Shown here: in pieces, positions 52,999-64,000 of the stretch | Layout: each line of letters starts with the position of its first letter | How positions within the stretch are numbered: position 1 is the first letter of the stretch | DNA from: Strigamia acuminata | Lineage: Eukaryota | Direction: 5' to 3' | Length of the DNA: 64,000 nucleotides | Assembly (NCBI GenBank): GCA_949358305.1 | Contig: OX442314.1 | Location: forward strand, 27,528,001-27,592,000 | Translations under genes and position numbers: made by a program | The notes under the pieces: model-generated | Databases searched by the model: none | What the model was told of the DNA's origin: nothing | What the model saw: only the letters and a program-made list of their open reading frames with translations

Positions 52999-55900
52999 TT
53001 AATTCGGTTTTTGTAGATGTTGGAAAACCAGTTTTTCCATTTTTCTTGCAACACTCAATATTGACAGACCTAGTGATAAACTTAATATGTTTCCGATGTC
53101 ACATATGAATGAGATAAGGTCGTATTGAAGCTGATCAATAAAGATTTGAATTTTGTTTGTAGCGAAATAATGGGCTATTAAACTGTACTCAGTATCAGTG
53201 GAGTATGTAGTATATTCCATGCTAGAGTACTTAGATTCTATGCAGGGAATGTGACATTGACATTCATCTTTTACATTTGTGTTGAGAAATGTCTTTTTGT
53301 AGATAGAATCAGCTGTTTTTGCCGATTGCGATGTGTTGCACATGGGATGTTGCAGTTGATCTATGTACAGTAAACTGGAGAGAAAAAAATCTTGTTAGCC
53401 GTGATCCAGCGGGTTTGACTGTTTTACAACTTTTTCTTTTTGTTTTTGGGTTAAATGTGTGGATAAATTCTTTTCAAAGTGAAGTGTGTGTGTGTGCTCT
53501 GTTACCAATACTAAATTGATCAGCCATTTTACTATTGGGATGGTTTCCTCTATGTGTATCGGTCCACAACATTAAATTAAGAATAGCATGGACCAATATA
53601 CTTATAAAAAAGTGTTGGATGATTGTTATGCTTCAATTTGCAGATGATAAACTGCCTTTGACATAGATATTTCAGCAGAAAAATGATTCTAAACATAAAG
53701 TCAAGTCAATTGCTCAGTGTTCCAAACCCATCACATGTAGGTTTTGACTTGGCCGGCACAATCTCATACAAAATTTTGGTTATTGAAATTTGAAATGTAT
53801 TGTTTAAATAATCAATAATTATCTGAAGAAACCGTTTTTTTTTAGTGGTTTTTTGAATGTGGTGCTAAGCTTTTTCTGCCGGCCTAACTCACTTGAGGCA
53901 GTTAGCGTGGTGGCCCAATTCACTTGTGCCAAGTTTTGCAAATTCAAATGGTCATAACTTTTGGCCCATTTAAGTTAAAATTTCATTTTTTTTTAAAAAT
54001 AAAGCCCAATGTTTGTTCTATAACTTGCTTTTATTTATTTTGATTAAAAACATTTTTTAGGGTTCGAATTTTACGATTTTATTTTTTGCAACATCAAAAA
54101 ATACATGCGGCCTAATACACATTGGTTTGGGTAGTACTTATGTTGTTGCACAGTGGGTTTATTTGACTAGTAAAAATCTTAAGAATAAACAAGTAAATAT
54201 TAAAGCTGGTTTAAGAACTTTTATATTTAGAAGAGCATGAGTGTAGATGTGAATACTTGTACAGATATACAATACTACATACCGGCATGTTAATTTTTCA
54301 TTCAGCTTTTTGCGGTAACATTGTTTTTTGCAAACATAGAATTCATTTGATGGCATACATTTTCGTATTGGTGTATTTATGCAGTAAAACTATAAATAAT
54401 TTTTAAAAAAATATTTGTCAAGTTATTTTGTAAATAATATGCAAGTAGTTGCATTCAAAAAATGATGTTTTAATCGGAATTTTCGTTTTTATTTTTGTAT
54501 TTTTTAACATCATAGGATTTAAAACTCGCGAAACATCAACACGCAATGAGAGACTGACATGTTCCCTCGTGGTTTTCTCGATTTTTAATGTTCAAATACC
54601 AATATTTTTTTGTGCGACCCATTCTACCCATAAAAATCCTCGCTTGGCTTTCACTGCATAAAAGCAGTCCGGAAACTTAAAATCAACCAAGCATTATTTT
54701 TTTTGTACCACTAAAATGCACTCTTTTCTAAGTACTACGCAATAGTTTTTGTTACAAAATTAATCAATTAATACGTTCGACTAAAGTAGTAGATTATTTA
54801 AGTTGTCGCACCTTGATCATGTTATACGCAACACCTATTACAACTCCATCTTCCATTGGTAGTAATATGTTTGAAGTTAAATCCAAATCTTGGTCTTCTT
54901 TTGAAGTTGCGAAAAACTTAATGATACATGACAATCAATTAACATACTAAACTAGTTTTATGATTAAAGTGCTCTTTTACCTGGTAGTAATGGTGGCATA
55001 AACTCAATGAAATAGTCGGGTAAATTGTCACAATTTTTGTGGCCAGGCCATTGAATGGTACTTCGTCTAGAAAGCAAAAACGATTCACTCAGATAATTGA
55101 CATATAAAGAAAGTCGGGTAAAATTATTTTATATATATCATCAAAAGAAGCCTAATGAAACCGAAAGTCAAATCAGAGATCGGAAAATGTCGAAAGCATT
55201 TTTTCTGTAATCAACGATACAATAAATGATTATATTGAGGTGTTTGTTTCCTGTCCTGTGTCATTCGATGGCATGAGGTGTAACTGTGTACAGTATCAAA
55301 CAGCATGAAATTATGGCAATCATTTGCTGTATAGCATGGGTAGTTAGGTTTAGTGAAAAATTGCTAAACATACCAGTAAAGTATTGTGTACAAACTCCGC
55401 TTGAGGTATTTATTTCAACCTCTGAATACTCTCCCTACAAAAAAGAGAATATTATTTGTAAATTAATTAGTACAGTAGGTAAAAAAAATTATTCGCCCAC
55501 CCTGTGAAATTCTGAAACCATATAGCCAAAATTATTCAACTTTTAGTACAACAAACTTGCCAATTTAGGTGTTCAAATTTGTCAATTTAGGTGTTGAGTG
55601 GGAACAAATAATTGACAACAAACCCAATTTTAAGCCTTTAACATTTGCAGAACTCTAGCTATAGTAAACATTTGAATTTGTGTTGCAAAATAATTATTCG
55701 CCCCTTTTATAGTGTGACTACTTCTTGATCTAATAAAGTCCTGATTCAGGGGGTGAATAATTGATTTGTTGTTCAAATTAAAATTGTTACTATACGGCTG
55801 GAGTTCTAGAAATGTTAGAAATTTTTTTTTACCGTTTATTTGTTTCCAGATTTAACACCTAAATTGGCAAGTTGTTGTCCTAAAAATTAAATCATTATGG

Positions 55901-58900
55901 CTAATTGTTTTAGAATTCCATCGTGTATGAATAATGTTTTTACCATTGTAATTTACATAATCCAACTTACTGCAAATACAGTTACACTGTCTGTATTGTA
56001 AGATATTTCCCATAGTTTTTCTATTGTGAGCTTTTTTTCTTTCAGCAGAAGTAGACTTAATATATGGATGGGACAATCACTTTGACTCAGATTATTTTCC
56101 CCAGCATATGTCTTCTCTAACTTCATAATACTCTTATCCAATACACAAGCTGTTATGTTTGGAAAGCTTACATTTGCTTCGTCTAAGATTGCAGTACTGA
56201 TCCGTATCGGATAGCCCACGTAAGTATTAAATTTGAAGTAGATCATAATCAAAAATAGAGAGATGCAACCGAGATGAACAACTTTTTCCAATAAGTTTTG
56301 AATACGACTACGGCTGCAAATTGGCTCGTTTTGTAGCAGTAGAGATGAGAAATGGCGTTTATTCTTTCGGAGATAACAGCATATTTTGGCGTGAGTTTTT
56401 CTACCGTTCCATGATGTTGCATTACGTTTTTGATAATTGATAATTAATATTATCAAATCCAAAACTGAAAGTATTGACATTCCTAGGTAAAGGTTAACGT
56501 TTCCAGCTGCATCAATGAGAAGATTGAGAAACTCATAAGCAAATCTTTCTTCAACAACATGAATGATATTTGACTCTGCTTCAATCTCGCGTTCAAGCCA
56601 TGGGGAATCTGATGTCATAACTGTGAAGGATTTTAACTCTTCTTCTATTTGAGTACACATTCGGTTACATGAGCAATTTAATTCTGTGTATATGTTAGCT
56701 AGTTTGTGAGTAATGCGCTCGTACAGGTCTCTTGTATCAATTGAAGTATTGCACATGTCGCCTGTTTTTCCACTCATAAATGAAAACCTGTATTTTTAAA
56801 GAATTAAAAATTATTTTGCCAAGTTAATGTGTTTGTCGGTATTTTGCTTGGTCTAACATGCTTGTATTATTTTGGGATTGTTGTTGGGAATTTATGATCA
56901 GTCAATGCCACCAGGGCGACGTATATCACACGATGGATGGTTGATAGTTGGTTTCTAGGTATCACTGGCTGTATAAAACTCAATCAAATGTCGTGCAGAA
57001 CTGTTTAGCTGCCGAAGGACAACACATCGACCAACTACTTAAGTAATATCTAAAAACCAACTACCAACCCATTTACCCACACTTCCTCTCACCCAATTAT
57101 TATCCCGGTGATCAATAATATGCGCAATATTTGTACGCGCGACATGTAAGAATAATTCTTACACCCGATGTCGGTGTGTTTACGAAGATCAGTCCTCGTG
57201 GAGAACACAACCATTCACCGAGCGCGCCCGACATTGATCGCAGAAAGTTGGTCAGTGCTTGTAAACGTCTGGCGAGCGAAACAACCCTTCCTCAGCGCGG
57301 AATTTTTGATGATCAAAGTGCGCTACATCCTGATGGAGCAGAGTTAGTGTCGTTCGGCGAAATTGAGAGTAGTATGTCCTATCGTCGTAAACATTCGCAA
57401 CCACCAATTCCGCAAACGCCTGAAGAATTTGATGAATTGTTGAATCAGCATCCCGTCCAAGCGACAACAATCAACTCACAAATTTTTTATCGTATTACTC
57501 TACGCCCAGATAATGGCGGAATTTTAATTGTGTTTGTTTCTGATGGTTTGTTGCAGGCTTTAGGTGCGTCGAATACTTTGCAGATTGATGGCACGTTCAA
57601 AGTTGTGCCCGGCATTTTTCACCAGCTGTGCACGCTCCATGCACTGGCGCACGACTATGTGTTTCCCGTTGTATACGCGCTAATGTCTCGAAGAAACACA
57701 ATCGCATACACTGCGCTGTTTACCTACATCAAACAACTGGTGCCAACATTGAACCCGGAAGTCGTCATGTCGGATTTTGAAACCGCAATTCAAAATGCCG
57801 TTGCCTCTTCGTTTCCAAATGCGAGAATTGCGGGTTGCTTTTTTCATTTTTCGCAAGCTGTTTGGAAGAATATTCAGCAGCTTGGTTTGCGCAACGAATA
57901 CGAAAATAGCATTCGATGCCATAAGGCCATGCAAATGTGCATGGCTTTGGCATTGCTGCCCGTCGACGCAATGGCCGCTGGCTTACTGAGTATTCGGAAT
58001 TTCTTGAATTTGAACAACATTGCCACACCGCCATTCACTCGTCTGCTCCGATACATTGAAACATTTTGGTTAGGAAGAGTCACGGCACAGCGTTTTTCAG
58101 TTTTCGGGATGATACGGCGGACAAATAACGATGTGGAAAGTTTTCACAGCACGTTGCTAAAACGAATTGGGCTTGCTCATCCGAATGTTTGGCAATTTCT
58201 TCAGAAGCTGCGACAGGTCGAGCTGTCTACACGTCAAGATTTCGTTCGTGCCTCTTCGGGTCTCAAGGTGAGTCGGCTTCGAAAGAAAAAATTTGTTCTG
58301 AGCAACAAGCACATCATTGCTGCGCAGGATAAATTAATTGAACGTCGTATTACCGTGGCGGAATACTTGGAGCAAGTTGCGCATCATGTTCGCGAACCCC
58401 CATTAGTAACTCAAGACGTAGTTGATAATTCACCGCCGGGTTCGCCGCCCGGTTCGCCGCCCGGTTCGCCGCAGGGTTCGCCGCCCTTTTCGCCGCCCGT
58501 TTCGCCGCCAGTTTTGCCGCCAGTTTCGCCACCCGTTTCGCCGCCCGTTTCACCCATTGGACGTACATTACGGAGTGTCCGAGGTAGGATGGCAGCAGCA
58601 AATTCACCACCACCCGCAAATCCAGCGGTTACGCAGCGTGGACGAGGACGAGGGCGAAGGCGAGGGCGAGGGCGAGGGCGAGCGCGTGGGCGAGGACGAG
58701 CTTCGGCAACACTGTAAAGTTTTTGTGTTCGTTTTTTGTCACATTTTCTTATAAGTTAAATAAATAGTTTCAATTTTTTCAAATTTTTCGATTTTTGTCA
58801 ATTTTTTAAGTTTTTTCGATTTTTGTCAATTTTTTAAGTTTTTTCGATTTTTGTCAATTTTTTCGAGTTTTCAATTTTTTTCGATTTTTCTTCAAATTCG

Positions 58901-61900
58901 CGTTTTCTTAATTTCGCGTTTTCTTTTTTCTAAATTTTTTTAAAATTTTGCTGCATTTCGATTCGCGATTTCTTTTTTCGCGATTTTATTTTTCGCGATT
59001 CCTTTTTTCGCGCCTACTTCGATATGAAAAAACAAATCCCGATTTTCGCGATTCATTCTTTTCGCGCTTTCTTTTTTCGCGATACATCCGCCACCCCATG
59101 TCGCGCATATGAATAGCACTGCCATGCGTTACTGCAATATCGCCCGTTATGAAACATTTAACTTAAGATATCTAAAATAAGTACTAATTTGATGGTGCTC
59201 TACAACTTTGTAATTGGAAAGTTTGCTGTATCTTAAACGGTTTAAAAGTTAGCAAGTGAATGACCTTGAAAATGACCTTCAAGGTCAAATTTGATGATGT
59301 CATTGGATTGCTCTCACCCAACTTCCTATACGATCGCTTCATCAAAGTTGGCCTAGATGCAATTGCTCAGGAAATATTTGGAGGGAACCAGACTTTTAGG
59401 ACACCCTGTATAAAGTGATTCCTTACCTGCAAACTTGCTGACTGTAAAAATTTTCAAGGCATTTCTTGTGGCAATTGGTGAAATCCTTTTGATCAATGCA
59501 TGGATTAGATGGAGTATTCAAAAATTTGAACTAAATAATTACATACAATTACATACTTTAGAGACTGTCATTTCACATTTCAGCGAATATTCAAAAAAAT
59601 AAATGTATTTAATTTTAATAATGAAAATTTGAATACATTTATTGAAGAAATTTAGTACTCTTGCAGTAGAAATCTTAGTTTAGCCACAATAGCTGGCTTT
59701 GGTTCAGCTTATTTGTTTTCATTTTAAAAAGAAAACATTTAACTTGAGATGACTTATGCATGGTTCACACTTGAACCACTTATGTAGAAGTGTGACTTTT
59801 AGAAAGTCTAATTTCTACAAGTGTGAATTTGACTGTTCACACTTATTCATTAGTTATGTAGAAATCAGTGATACAATAATGCAATAATGCTGGTACATTA
59901 ATTTATTAGGGCTAACTTACACACTGAAAGGTAGGGGTTTGCATTTCAACTTGCAGCTAATGAACCATTAAAGATAGAAACCTCTGCTTTTTTTTAAAAG
60001 AAAGACAGGTGTTTCCAGACTTTTGACTCACCCTGTATATATATTTTGATAAAGGGGCCCCGAAAAAATCTCAAGCCCTGGGCCCCCAAAAAGCTATATC
60101 CGCCCCTGAATACTCCGTTTACATGCATGGAATATTTTGAATGAGATGAAATATTCCGTGTGCACACTGTCATGTAAACAGGGATGACAAGGATTATTCG
60201 AGTCGTGAATAATCACTCACAGAAGGTCGTTTAATTCGAGTAAACTCGAACTATTTTTATTGCGCATGCGCACATTGCTTCCTGTTTAGTGCCATTTCCT
60301 GTTAAAGTCTTAAGTAAAGTTAATACAATATACACATTCTCCATTTTATTGATGAGGAATAGGTAAATGTGATCTGGTTTCCTTTTTTCACAAAAATATA
60401 TCACTTCAGGTTTTAGTTAAACCTGGAACTTCCTGTTGTGATCACAAATTATTTTCTGCAAGTAAACTCAACAATTTGATTTTTTCACCACTGAAATTAT
60501 TCACCACTCAAAATATTCGGTGCATGTAAATGTAGTATAAGCGGGACATAAAATATATTTATAGTAGTATTATTTTTGATTATTGTTGTTAGAACTAGCT
60601 AATCCAGTTCACAGAACTAGATTATTTTATCTAGTTTCAAAACTGACAAGCTAGCTTAGGATAAGCTAGTTGTGTTCGCACTACATTTATACAACTAGTT
60701 ATAAAGAGTTAAGCTAGCTTAACTTTGTAGTGCGAACGGGGTATAAAGATGTTTCATAGCAGCTATAGTCTTAGGAGCCTGTTGCCCACGGACGGTTTAG
60801 TGATGGCTTTTGTTAGATTTTATTGTTGTAAATTGTCATTAGTTCAACGTTTTGTTAGAGGTTATAACGTTTGCGACACGTTACGCGCGTGTCATTTTAT
60901 TGTTGTAAAAACTGTTTTCTGAAGAGTAAAGACATGTTATTTTCTGTTCCGTTAACGTGTGGTCTTTCATTTGATTTGGACATTCGAAATACAACAGCTT
61001 TCAGGCAGTGTCATGTCCCTTTCTCCATCGTCCTAGGTTTTACATTGGAAACCACAACTGTAAAATAATGTGATACGGGTAAATACCTTTCGTAAACTAA
61101 ATTTACTTCTTATTATTTGATTTGAGGACAAAGGAACTAATTCTGTAGATAAACCTGGAATAGGTGATGACATCTACAAATTTAATAAATTTTAATATTT
61201 GAAATTTGTTTTTTCCATTATAATTACTATATATTTACGTAAAGGATGCCTGGGTCACAGAATATTGGTTGATTGAACCACATTTTAAATTTACCGAATA
61301 TGTTTTGTCCCTTAACATTTTCTAGGAAATATGAAATGACTCTGTAGTACCACTGAACCATTTAGATATATTTGTATTTATACAGATCATAGCTTACCAA
61401 CTGTTATCACAACGGAGGTTCCACAAGTGGACAATTCGTTTTTTATTTGAATATTTGGTTTGTTCGTTGATTTCTGTAAAAACTCTGCTGTTTTATATTT
61501 CAGTTGCCAAAATAAATTGAGCTTTCTTTACCGAAATAAATTCAGTTTTGTTTAAAACAGAAGAATCGATATCCCATAATGCAGACATGTTGACATTCCC
61601 ATTTTCAATTAATCTCATTATGTTGTTAGCACAATCGCCTGCATTTGCTGGTGTTGAGTTTAAAATATTTTTCCACGCATATCGTGTGTATGTGTTTTCA
61701 GACATGCATACCTTCAAAGCTGGGAATGACATCTCAGTTTCATCACTCGTGTACGCATCAGTAGTGATGGGGTTTGAAAAGAAATATTTGATTTTCTGCC
61801 CAGTTTGATAGCAACAGGTTGCAAGGCAGCTCATTAAAAGTAAGCTCCAAACAAACTTGATTTTAATGCCTTTTGTGGGATCAATTAACGTTTGTATTTC

Positions 61901-62005
61901 AGGAAATGAATCCTCAAATAAGAAAAGGCGTGGCATTTGTTGTTGTATAATTTTACGGAGTTTAGACTTTACCGCAGCTGCATTCCTTTTCCTTGCAATC
62001 CTCAT
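52999..62005 (-). CDS. Multi-exon DEG/ENaC (pickpocket/ASIC-like) channel gene with two tandem channel modules
   Basis: Exons read by eye: 61532-62005 (TM1, PITT, FPALKVC); 61398-61473; 59427-59530 (NPC...NCHKKCLENFYSQQVCR); 55971-56787 (CSCNRMC, TM2 GNVNLYLGMSILSV, then a second TM1 and FPNITAC); one ending near 55434 (NTSSGVCTQY); 54283-54389 (CKKQCYRKKLNEKLTCR); 52999-53374 (CQCHIPC, GNILSLSLGLSILSV). Several small exons are unresolved. Confidence 0.85.
57131..58717 (+). CDS. Mutator (MULE) DDE transposase, probably 5'-incomplete
   Basis: Motifs GEHNH, IDGTFKVVP..FHQL, MSDFE, GCFFHFSQA (CxxH) and RTNNDVESFH. The ORF starts at TTG, and no complete N-terminal zinc finger is evident. Confidence 0.92.
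   Translation: MYARHVRIILTPDVGVFTKISPRGEHNHSPSAPDIDRRKLVSACKRLASETTLPQRGIFDDQSALHPDGAELVSFGEIESSMSYRRKHSQPPIPQTPEEFDELLNQHPVQATTINSQIFYRITLRPDNGGILIVFVSDGLLQALGASNTLQIDGTFKVVPGIFHQLCTLHALAHDYVFPVVYALMSRRNTIAYTALFTYIKQLVPTLNPEVVMSDFETAIQNAVASSFPNARIAGCFFHFSQAVWKNIQQLGLRNEYENSIRCHKAMQMCMALALLPVDAMAAGLLSIRNFLNLNNIATPPFTRLLRYIETFWLGRVTAQRFSVFGMIRRTNNDVESFHSTLLKRIGLAHPNVWQFLQKLRQVELSTRQDFVRASSGLKVSRLRKKKFVLSNKHIIAAQDKLIERRITVAEYLEQVAHHVREPPLVTQDVVDNSPPGSPPGSPPGSPQGSPPFSPPVSPPVLPPVSPPVSPPVSPIGRTLRSVRGRMAAANSPPPANPAVTQRGRGRGRRRGRGRGRARGRGRASATL
57131..59089 (+). mobile_element. MULE element in the ENaC-gene intron 56788-59426, antisense to the host gene
   Basis: The transposase is followed by T-rich tandem repeats and TTTTCGCGAT subterminal repeats ending ...GATACATCC. 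No matching left TIR was found. Confidence 0.65.
60111..60537. mobile_element. MITE-like element with imperfect TIRs
   Basis: TACTCCGTTTACATGCATGGAATATTTT and AAAATATTCGGTGCATGTAAATGTAGTA are near reverse complements. Confidence 0.55.
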
Positions 62006-62732
62006 TGTGTGAACGCAAGAGACTTGATATTTCTGTTTGAAAAATGTTTAAACCTTCCTGTATGTTGTAGTTTACTGTACAGTACGTGTGTGTGGGTAAT
62101 ATATATTCTTACACGCTTGTGAATATGTATATATCAACGATTATCACAACCACAATTAATGTTATTCAACAGAACTAATTCAAATTTGATTATACAGTAT
62201 ATAATTTTAATAATTATACACCAGCATTTCATTTTACAAACAAATCAATTGTGCTTATACATAATTTATAAGAAAAATAAATTACAAAATTAATGTAATT
62301 CAACGACAATATAATTCTTACTAGAATCCAATGTGAATGCTTGGTCTTATAAAGTCTGCACCTGATACCAAATTCAAACACTGAATCCATATTTTTGCAC
62401 TTGACTGAATAGTGTCATTACCGGTACCTGTTCTTTTTTTATGAAATTTATGTATTTGTTGCATCTAAGTGTATGCAGCGCAAGAGTGTATGTATGTTCG
62501 TGTATGTATGTTCGAAATAAAAATCAATTGTGGGAGAAATTATGAATTCAATTTTAAGTGTTAGGTAGCATTTGAAACTTAGTTATTTGTAGCGATAATT
62601 ATGAGTTGTCTGTGTGAAGGGAATATCCAATAGCATATATTAAATTTTCTAGAAAAATTTTAAAAATGTAAATTTCTTAAAAAATAATTAAAAATGCAAC
62701 TCATACAACCATATAATTTAAATTATCATATA

Positions 62733-63301
62733 CAGTCGAAACTCTTTATAACGAATCGCGATATAACGAATTATCGCTATAACGAATTATTGAAAATGAC
62801 TTGGTTGGCCAGCCATAGAACACCATGTTAAATATATTCGTTATAACGAATTTCGATATAACGAATTATTCGTTATAACAAACAAGTTTTCAGGTACACT
62901 GTAATACCAACAAGCCCTCGTTATAACGAATTTTCAAAACTGATCACATGACTCACAACATCTTATGCCCATGTTAGGAACACATTTAGAAAAAATAAAA
63001 AATTTTCTGTTTTAAAATGGCTGCCAAATGAAAAGAAATTTTGATTTAGAACAAGTTGAACATTTTTAATGCCATTAACAATGGCAAGAAGCTATCAATT
63101 GTAGCAGTTGAGTTTAATTTGTCCCGTTTTACAATTTCAACAGTTTTTAAGAATCGGGATAAAATTAACATGATTTTAAGAATAAATAATGTTGTTTATG
63201 ATAAAATTTTATTTTTTTCAGCTAATTCGTTTTAACGAATTCTCGTTATAACGAATCGATTTGTCCGGTCCCATGCGATTCGTTATAAAGAGTTTCGACT
63301 G
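62733..63301 (+). mobile_element. Tigger/pogo-family internally deleted element
   Basis: TIRs CAGTCGAAACTCTTTATAACGAATCGC and GCGATTCGTTATAAAGAGTTTCGACTG with a TA TSD. An internal relic NNGKKLSIVAVEFNLSRFTISTVFKNRDKI (~63077-63166) resembles the N-terminal psq-type HTH of pogo/CENP-B transposases. Confidence 0.9.
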
Positions 63302-63762
63302 TACTTTGTCATGGGTGTGTTCTTCTACTACCGTACTGCCTCGAATAAACGCCGGGGCGTTTATTAATTTTCCCCACCCGACCCCATGCCCAGCATAGTA
63401 TTCAAGTAGCCTTGATGCCCAGCTCCCACTGGGATCAGCAACTTAATTGCTTAGTCTCAGTGCCATTCCTAACCTTGGCTTGTTACGATATTTAATCCAT
63501 TTAGTGTTATTTCTATGGCAATTTAACTTAGAATATTTTTCTTCATTTCTCTAAATAACTTAAAATATTTTCTCCATTTGTCTAAATAACTTAGATATTA
63601 TTTACTTTATATGTTATTTACTTTATGATTTTGGATAACTTAATGTTATTTAATTTAGAGTTTTATTTTGTCTGTAATTTGAAACCAAAGGTTAACTGGG
63701 TCAAAAAAGACCCATCTTAGGAGTCTAAAGGACATAGACCCAATGCTGTGTGTTGATGAAAT

Positions 63763-64000
63763 ATATATAAAATTGATCTAAATTTATATAAAATTGATCT
63801 AAATTTATATAAAATTGATCTAAATTTATATAAAATTGATCTAAATTTATATAAAATTGATCTAAATTTATATAAAATTGATCTAAATTTATATAAAATT
63901 GATCTAAATTTATATAAAATTGATCTAAATTTATATAAAATTGATCTAAATTTATATAAAATTGATCTAAATTTATATAAAATTGATCTAAATTTATATA
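63763..64000. repeat. 21-bp AT-rich minisatellite (AAATTGATCTAAATTTATATA)n, running off the window end
   Basis: Perfect 21-bp periodicity, about 11 copies visible. Confidence 0.97.

Noticed and set aside
59140..60108. Complete Tc1 or hAT elements suggested by ends such as GGACACCCTGTA, CTCACCCTGTATA and ATCCGCCCCTG
   Set aside because: Only single termini are visible, with no partner TIR or TSD, so they are treated as unannotated fragments.

Overview
Eukaryotic (animal-like, intron-containing) genomic DNA dominated by transposable elements. (1) 1-8480: the 3' part of a Ty3/Gypsy LTR retrotransposon with protease, RT, RNase H and integrase, one frameshift near 817, a polypurine tract and a ~1.06-kb 3' LTR. 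In the env position it carries a spliced, GC-rich gene for an ~825-aa Arg/Ser/Pro-rich protein that is not Env. Its LTR holds five consecutive RNA hairpins with unrelated stem sequences but one shared apex (U-N bulge, GAG, 4-5 nt loop, CUC), which matches the arginine-binding core of lentiviral TAR. I consider this possible Tat/TAR- or Rev/RRE-like regulatory pair the most interesting item; its function is inferred, not shown. (2) 8679-52380: three nearly identical head-to-tail copies of a 14-15 kb non-coding unit with CCTT...AAGG ends. Each holds a ~5-6 kb CpG-dense palindromic satellite (56-bp and 551-bp periods), a hAT MITE and degenerate subrepeats. (3) 52999-62005, minus strand: a multi-exon DEG/ENaC (pickpocket-like) gene that appears to encode two channel subunits fused in one reading frame, with a Mutator transposase in one intron. 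The window ends with a Tigger/pogo derivative and a 21-bp minisatellite. All calls come from reading the sequence; no searches were run.
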